IMG/VR virus record: IMGVR_UViG_3300033463_000077 | Origin: a virus | Lineage: Duplodnaviria; Heunggongvirae; Uroviricota; Caudoviricetes | Length of the DNA stretch: 10,394 nucleotides | Strand: one strand, 5' to 3' | Shown: positions 5,675 to 10,394 of the stretch, piece after piece | Position numbering within the stretch: position 1 is the first letter of the stretch | Layout: every line of letters begins with the position of its first letter | Program-made: the position numbers and the translations under genes | Notes under the pieces: generated by a model | What the model was told of the DNA's origin: nothing | What the model saw: the letters and a program-made list of their open reading frames with translations, nothing else | The model's database searches: none

Positions 5675-5704
5675 TCAATTTCAACAATTTAAGGAGAAAA
5701 CAAA

Positions 5705-6067
5705 ATGAATCAGAAAGACATCAACACCATTTCCATTGAAATTGTAGATCCTGTTAAAGCTATCGAAGAAAACTGGACAAAAAATTATTTTGGAGATTCC
5801 TTATATCCTATTGGCCTTTATAATTATCGTCCACGTTTGAAAAAGCTTTCAAAGGATAAAGGAATTGGGAAACTCCTTCTCATCATCAAAGATTTTCCTC
5901 ACAGTAAGAAAAAAGAGATCAGGGAAAGAATGGGTACATCTGCTCAAAGAAATGAAGAGTTCTCTTTTATGATGAAAGGTGAAATGATCAAATATTCCAG
6001 AAAAGAAGGTTATGAAATTACTCCCTTGGGTCTGACCTTACTTCGGAAATTCAATTTAATATCGTAA
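5705..6067 (+). CDS. Putative winged-helix DNA-binding protein, paralog A (120 aa)
   Basis: SD AAGGAG. C-terminal half has a helix-helix-helix-wing pattern ending EMIKYSRKEGYEITPLGL, typical of wHTH wings. About 40-45% identical to 6770..7132 by manual alignment. Confidence 0.75.
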   Translation: MNQKDINTISIEIVDPVKAIEENWTKNYFGDSLYPIGLYNYRPRLKKLSKDKGIGKLLLIIKDFPHSKKKEIRERMGTSAQRNEEFSFMMKGEMIKYSRKEGYEITPLGLTLLRKFNLIS

Positions 6068-6089
6068 GTATTATTCATTCCATTTTATC

Positions 6090-6124
6090 AAGGATGAAGG
6101 AGATGAAAGTTTTCTTCATCCTTT
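6090..6124 (+). terminator. Hairpin after wHTH paralog A (likely intrinsic terminator)
   Basis: AAGGATGAAG (6090-6099)/CTTCATCCTT (6114-6123), extendable to 14 bp with G-U pairs; loop TGAAAG; weak T-tract. Confidence 0.6.
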
Positions 6125-6333
6125 ATAGTTTTCCATAAGAGAAAATAATTCTCCCTCTAGATGCCTCCAAAAGCTTTGACATTTTCTTTAAATAATAGGT
6201 CAGGACTGCCGGCTTGCCGGGCAATATTATTAATAATTTATCCATTATTATTGTGTTACTTTTTTCATTTTTTACCCATTCAAGAAGCACGATAAGGGAG
6301 GAGTCTTCTCCATAGTTTTATATGGAAAAGAAG

Positions 6334-6371
6334 CTTTCATCTTTCTAGATGCTTCTAGAAGTGAATGAAAG
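6334..6371. terminator. Hairpin CTTTCAT..TTCTAGA-TGCT-TCTAGAA..ATGAAAG
   Basis: Two 7-bp stems separated by an internal loop. The A-rich run upstream (6326-6333) would give a U-tract on the - strand. Confidence 0.4.
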
Positions 6372-6406
6372 TATACTAAAATGAAGTTGAATATTTCAAA
6401 TGTGTC

Positions 6407-6456
6407 TTTGGTGAAGTGAAGTTTACTTTTTGAATTTTGGTGTTATATTTTAATAT
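6407..6456 (+). repeat. 50-bp direct repeat, copy 2
   Basis: 46/50 identical to 5625..5674; offset 782 bp. Confidence 0.9.
6421..6449 (+). promoter_or_regulatory. Early-type promoter
   Basis: GTTTACTTTTTGA ATTTTGG TGTTATATT, exact consensus copy. Confidence 0.85.
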
Positions 6457-6480
6457 GAAATAATTATAGTGAGGAAAAGA

Positions 6481-6777
6481 ATGAATATTGATGGATTGGC
6501 TCAAGCAATTGTTTTGACAAAAGAAGAGGAAGATTTTTATACATGGCTTAATGAGTCAAAGATTCAAAATATTCATTTTGGTCAAAGAGTTAACATTAAA
6601 AAAGTTCCTTTCTTTGTCGTTGGAGGAACTATTGATGGTAATATTTATTGTCAAAGTTTTCCTGCACGCACTCATGTTTCAAAGATTAGATATGATGAGT
6701 CAAAACCAAAAGTGATTCTTTATTGGAAAGTTTTTCTTTCCATTCTCAATAAGCAAAAGGAGAATAAAAATGATTGA
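6481..6777 (+). CDS. Hypothetical protein (98 aa)
   Basis: GAGG SD at 6471-6474 favours ATG 6481 over GTG 6469; own promoter; overlaps the next gene by 8 nt. Confidence 0.7.
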   Translation: MNIDGLAQAIVLTKEEEDFYTWLNESKIQNIHFGQRVNIKKVPFFVVGGTIDGNIYCQSFPARTHVSKIRYDESKPKVILYWKVFLSILNKQKENKND

Positions 6778-7132
6778 ACATATCAATGAACTTGCAAATG
6801 AAATTGTTGATCCAATTCAATGTGTTGAAGAAAATCTTACAAGAAATTGTTATAGAGGTTATAGAAATTTTTATTCAAGTCTTTGGTGGAGAAGACCTGG
6901 ATGGACAAGACTTTCAAAGGATAAAGGAATTGGTGGAGTGCTTTTTAGAATTAAAGAACATCCTCATGAAAAGAGAAATTCTATTTCTGATGCATTAAAG
7001 ATTGGCGAAGGAACATGTGGTGAATATGTTCAAACACTATTGAAAGCTGAAATGATTACTTGGACAAGAAAAACTCATTATGAAATTACTCCTCTTGGAC
7101 TTGCAATGCTTAAACTTTTTAACCTTGTTTAA
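6770..7132 (+). CDS. Putative winged-helix DNA-binding protein, paralog B (120 aa)
   Basis: SD AAGGAG inside the upstream gene. Shares EIVDP, LSKDKGIG and YEITPLGL blocks with paralog A. Confidence 0.75.
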   Translation: MIEHINELANEIVDPIQCVEENLTRNCYRGYRNFYSSLWWRRPGWTRLSKDKGIGGVLFRIKEHPHEKRNSISDALKIGEGTCGEYVQTLLKAEMITWTRKTHYEITPLGLAMLKLFNLV

Positions 7133-7134
7133 AT

Positions 7135-7163
7135 GTTTATTTTCTTTTTGAAAATGTTAAATT
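7135..7163 (+). promoter_or_regulatory. Variant early-type promoter (GTTTAT-17-TAAATT)
   Basis: Same geometry, TG extension and downstream AAAATAA as the consensus copies. Confidence 0.65.
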
Positions 7164-7194
7164 AAAATAACCAGAAAAGATTAAGGAGATAAAA

Positions 7195-7530
7195 ATGATT
7201 ACGATTAATGAAGAAGATGAAAGCATTGAAATTTCTGAATGCCTTACTTTTAGCGGAAAGGTTCAGGAAGAATACAATAAAATTCTAGAGGATCAGCAAT
7301 TTGATCTTGAGAATTCTCCTGATATTTTTTCTTCTGATGATATTGAAAACGTTAAAAAGTTTGTAAATCATATTCTTACTCATGAAGATAAATTGAAAAT
7401 TCTTGAGTGCATTATGGATGAATATGACCGTTCTTCAAATTATTTTGACAATCAGTCAATCTTTGATGAAGATTTGATTCAAAAAGGAATTGAAGATTGG
7501 ATAAATGATAATTTTGATTTGAATCTTTAA
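7195..7530 (+). CDS. Hypothetical highly acidic protein (111 aa)
   Basis: SD AAGGAG and own promoter; very Asp/Glu-rich. Confidence 0.75.
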   Translation: MITINEEDESIEISECLTFSGKVQEEYNKILEDQQFDLENSPDIFSSDDIENVKKFVNHILTHEDKLKILECIMDEYDRSSNYFDNQSIFDEDLIQKGIEDWINDNFDLNL

Positions 7531-7546
7531 GAAAGGGATTTTATAA

Positions 7547-8221
7547 ATGAAAATTCGTAACGGGTTTGTTTCCAATAGTTCAAGCAGCTCATTTCTGATT
7601 ATCTATAAATGCTTGAAGGATTTTTGTCAGTTTGATCAGTTTGACTGTTTTGAAACTTTTTACAATGATTTGAAGAATGCCGATCCTTCTATAGCTTTTA
7701 ATCATATTAGAGCTATCATAGATGGAGCATTATATAGACTTTATGATAGGCTTGAAAATTTTATGTTTCTTGATCCTGAAAATGATATATGGGATCTTTT
7801 AGAAATATCAGGAGTTCCTTATGAAGAATTCAGAAATCTTGAAGAAAAGGTTTTGAACTTGGGACATCAGTATCAAGAAAATGTATTCAAAAAATATCCT
7901 GATATCCGTGATATTTGTTTTAATGCTGAAGGAAATTATTATTGTTTTATCGATAAAGAACAGATGAATTTTATTCAGGAATGTGGAAAGAAATATAGTG
8001 ATGCTTATTATGATGAAGCATTTCAGAAAGAACTTGATGAAGGCATTGAAAATTTGGCAATGAAAATTCAAGATGCTTTGACAGAGAAGGGATACCAAAT
8101 CAGAAGTATCAGATATGAAGATCATGATGATAAAGGATACATGATGGAACAAGGATTTATGCCTTTCTTAAAGAGAAACCCCGAAAGAAAATATGAAATT
8201 CTTATCACAAATGAGCACTGA
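7547..8221 (+). CDS. Uncharacterised 'MKIRxGFVSNSSSSSF' family protein (224 aa)
   Basis: N-terminus MKIRNGFVSNSSSSSFLI is a motif I recognise from many uncharacterised phage and bacterial proteins; upstream AAGGG. Confidence 0.8.
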   Translation: MKIRNGFVSNSSSSSFLIIYKCLKDFCQFDQFDCFETFYNDLKNADPSIAFNHIRAIIDGALYRLYDRLENFMFLDPENDIWDLLEISGVPYEEFRNLEEKVLNLGHQYQENVFKKYPDIRDICFNAEGNYYCFIDKEQMNFIQECGKKYSDAYYDEAFQKELDEGIENLAMKIQDALTEKGYQIRSIRYEDHDDKGYMMEQGFMPFLKRNPERKYEILITNEH

Positions 8222-8624
8222 AATGAAAAAGAAAATAAATTATGAATGGTATTTTGAAATTTGGAATAAATTTTTCTTAAGTAAAGGATTAGAAAAAATT
8301 TATTCTGAGAATCTTCAAGATGATTTTTATTCTTCTTTTAAAGGAGAAATTAATAGATCTTCTGAATTAAAAATTGATCTTTATGCAGGTGATTATAGAA
8401 CAGATACAAATACTCACGGATGCATTGGTGTTGATTTTGTAAAAAATTATAATAAGCTTTCTCAAATGCCAATTTATGTAGATCTTGACATTGATGAAGA
8501 AAAACTTTGGGAAGCAATTCTTTTATTGGTTAAACATGAAGAAGAATTTCCTGAAAAATATTCATCAATTAAATTGTCGGAAAAAGGAAGATGGAAACTT
8601 ATTAAATGGGAAGATGAAGAATGA
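8193..8624 (+). CDS. Hypothetical protein (143 aa; true start may be ATG 8211 or 8223)
   Basis: Long ORF in operon orientation; ATG 8223 lies 1 nt after the upstream stop; no domain recognised. Confidence 0.7.
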   Translation: MKFLSQMSTEMKKKINYEWYFEIWNKFFLSKGLEKIYSENLQDDFYSSFKGEINRSSELKIDLYAGDYRTDTNTHGCIGVDFVKNYNKLSQMPIYVDLDIDEEKLWEAILLLVKHEEEFPEKYSSIKLSEKGRWKLIKWEDEE

Positions 8625-8746
8625 GAACTTTTCTTTTCTTAATATTTCTTTTTGTCATTCTTCTTAGTGGATGGTTTATTTGGTTTTTGATTGCAGATTC
8701 GATCAAATATTACCAAAAGAAGAAAAAGAAAAGAATGAAAAGATAA
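8621..8746 (+). CDS. Small single-pass membrane protein (41 aa), absent from ORF track
   Basis: MRTFLFLIFLFVILLSGWFIWFLIADSIKYYQKKKKKRMKR*. ATGA overlap with the upstream stop; fills the gap up to the next promoter, with the stop 2 nt before it. Confidence 0.75.
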   Translation: MRTFLFLIFLFVILLSGWFIWFLIADSIKYYQKKKKKRMKR

Positions 8747-8748
8747 AA

Positions 8749-8778
8749 GTTTACCTATGAAGCGAATTCTGTTATATT
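8749..8778 (+). promoter_or_regulatory. Variant early-type promoter (GTTTAC-18-TATATT)
   Basis: GTTTAC CTATGAAGCGAATTC TGT TATATT upstream of the radical SAM gene; spacer one nt longer than consensus. Confidence 0.6.
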
Positions 8779-8825
8779 TTAATAAGGATTAGCTTTTTAT
8801 ATATTTAAAAACCAAGGAGGAAAAG

Positions 8826-9998
8826 ATGAACCTTATCGAAGGTATGATCAAATTAATTATTGCAAAATCTGTTTATACTTTTAAACCAACTAATGGAAAT
8901 TATAAAGTATATATTGACAAAAATGGCAATCGGTATATGGTTGCAAATGATGATTCCTTTCATCTTCTCTTTTTGAAGCAAAATGGTTGGACTGCTAAGT
9001 GGGGAAAAACTTTTGATGATGATCCTCTGTATTGTCCGTTCGGGAATGAAATAGCGGATATAGAAATTACAAAAATGTGTCGCGGCATTCGTAATAAAGA
9101 TGGAAAAAGAACTCCTTGTCCTTGGTGTTATAAATCCAATTCTCCTAACGGGACCTTCATGAATTTTGAAACTTTTAAAAATATTTTTAATACTTTGAAT
9201 GCTCAAAGTACAATGACCCAAATTGCATTTGGAGTTGATGCTGAAGCATCGGATGTTTTAAATCCTGATATTTGGAAAATCATGGATTATACAATCCAGA
9301 ATGGAGTGACTCCAAATATTACTGTTGCTGACATTGATGAACATACTGCAAAGAATCTTGTTAAGAGATGTGGAGCAATTGCGGTTTCCATGTATGGGTT
9401 AATTGATAAAAATCGCTGTTATGATACCGTAAAACTTCTCGTTGATGAAGCCAGAAAAATTGAAAAGAAAATGAAAATCAATATTCATTGTCTTCTTTCT
9501 AAAGAAACATACGAATCAGTTTTTGAATTGATGAATGATCGCATTACCGATAAAAGATTGGAAAGCATGGGTGCTATTGTTTTCCTTTCACTTAAGCAAA
9601 AAGGTAGAGGAGAATATTTCAATCGAATTACTGATGAAGAATTCAAAAAAATTATTGATATTAGTTTTGGTAATAAAATTAGTATTGGATTTGATTCTTG
9701 TTCAGCTCCAAAATTTTTGAAATCAATTGAAGATCGTCCTGATAAAAATGAATTGAAAAATTATGTTGAAAGTTGCGAATCAACACTTTACAGCCTTTAC
9801 ATTGATGCAAATGGAATGTTTTATCCATGCTCTTTTATGGAAAAAGAAGGAGATTGGAAAACTGGAATTGATATGACAAAGGTTGAAGATTTCATTAAAG
9901 AAGTTTGGAATGAAGAACGAGTTGTAAAATGGAGAAATGCTTCCATTAAATGTCTTGAATGTAATGGTTGCAATATGTGTAAATTTTACAATGTTTAA
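8826..9998 (+). CDS. Radical SAM protein with SPASM/twitch-like C-terminus (390 aa)
   Basis: SD AGGAGG. EITKMC-X12-CPWCYKSN cluster motif, following MNFETFKNIF helix, QIAFG strand; C-terminal C-x15-C (..IDANGMFYPC) plus CLECNGCNMC. Confidence 0.85.
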   Translation: MNLIEGMIKLIIAKSVYTFKPTNGNYKVYIDKNGNRYMVANDDSFHLLFLKQNGWTAKWGKTFDDDPLYCPFGNEIADIEITKMCRGIRNKDGKRTPCPWCYKSNSPNGTFMNFETFKNIFNTLNAQSTMTQIAFGVDAEASDVLNPDIWKIMDYTIQNGVTPNITVADIDEHTAKNLVKRCGAIAVSMYGLIDKNRCYDTVKLLVDEARKIEKKMKINIHCLLSKETYESVFELMNDRITDKRLESMGAIVFLSLKQKGRGEYFNRITDEEFKKIIDISFGNKISIGFDSCSAPKFLKSIEDRPDKNELKNYVESCESTLYSLYIDANGMFYPCSFMEKEGDWKTGIDMTKVEDFIKEVWNEERVVKWRNASIKCLECNGCNMCKFYNV

Positions 9999-10016
9999 TT
10001 TAAAAGGAGAAATAAA

Positions 10017-10313
10017 ATGAAATTTTATATCACTAAGAACAAATATTTTAATAATGGAAATAAAGTTAGTAAAGAATATTTTTCTAATGTAGATGTTAAT
10101 GAAAACTTTGCATATAATTTAATAAATTTGATCAATACATCAATTCTTTCAAAAAATCTTTGGGAAGAACTTGGAATCATTTCAACATTTACTGATCATG
10201 TTACAATCTCCATTGATGACATTGAAATTAAAATTAAGTCAGAAGATCTTTCTTTTAATTTCGAAAAATATGATGTAGAACTTTATAATGAATTTGCAAA
10301 GATAAGATATTAA
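10017..10313 (+). CDS. Hypothetical protein (98 aa)
   Basis: SD AAGGAG at 10003-10008; operon orientation. Confidence 0.7.
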   Translation: MKFYITKNKYFNNGNKVSKEYFSNVDVNENFAYNLINLINTSILSKNLWEELGIISTFTDHVTISIDDIEIKIKSEDLSFNFEKYDVELYNEFAKIRY

Positions 10314-10332
10314 GATTAAGGATGGAAAGAAA

Positions 10333-10394
10333 ATGCTGAAAGAAAATAAATTTGATTATACTTATTATTTAATGTGGCTTGCTTCAATAGCAGT
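10333..10394 (+). CDS. Start of a further hypothetical protein (3'-truncated)
   Basis: ATG 10333 with upstream AAGGATGGA; frame MLKENKFDYTYYLMWLASIA.. is open to the window end. Confidence 0.45.
   Translation, partial: MLKENKFDYTYYLMWLASIA

Noticed and set aside
659-6449. CRISPR array from the recurring ~35-bp motif
   Set aside because: Copies are separated by whole genes (hundreds to thousands of bp), vary internally and have promoter geometry; no cas genes.
1131-6480. ORF-track starts at 1131, 5594 and 6469
   Set aside because: Each has a downstream in-frame ATG (1146, 5570, 6481) with a properly spaced SD-like sequence, whereas the track starts lack one.
1-10394. Stop-codon reassignment (no called gene ends in TAG)
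   Set aside because: All genes read full-length in code 11 with no in-frame TAG or TGA breaking a domain, and no suppressor tRNA is present. TAG is rare in AT-rich genomes anyway; late genes elsewhere would be the real test.

Overview
This window looks like the early/accessory region of a large dsDNA bacteriophage read in the standard genetic code. The phage assignment is an inference from gene content and promoter style; no hallmark structural gene is present. Almost all genes are on the + strand, and most have their own copy of a highly conserved T4-early-like promoter, GTTTACTTTTTGA-N7-TGTTATATT (6 exact copies, 3 variants). Left to right: the 3' part of a MoxR-like AAA+ ATPase; a small conserved phage gene; a DUF2201 HExxH-metallopeptidase/VWA protein; three hypothetical genes; two structurally atypical tRNAs (a long-variable-arm tRNA-Thr(CGU) and a tRNA-Gln(UUG) with an aberrant T-loop); a convergent Zn-finger/DUF559-like putative homing endonuclease behind a T4-late-type TATAAATA box; two paralogous winged-helix proteins; a 'FVSNSSSSSF' family protein; an unannotated 41-aa membrane peptide; and a radical SAM/SPASM enzyme with a CX12CX2C motif. 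The most striking non-coding feature is a 79-nt structured element duplicated directly after both the AAA+ and the VWA gene. It displays an anti-Shine-Dalgarno sequence (ACCUCCU) in a loop, has two mutually exclusive folds, and is fused to an early promoter in a 130-bp repeat. All structures, alignments and counts were done by eye.
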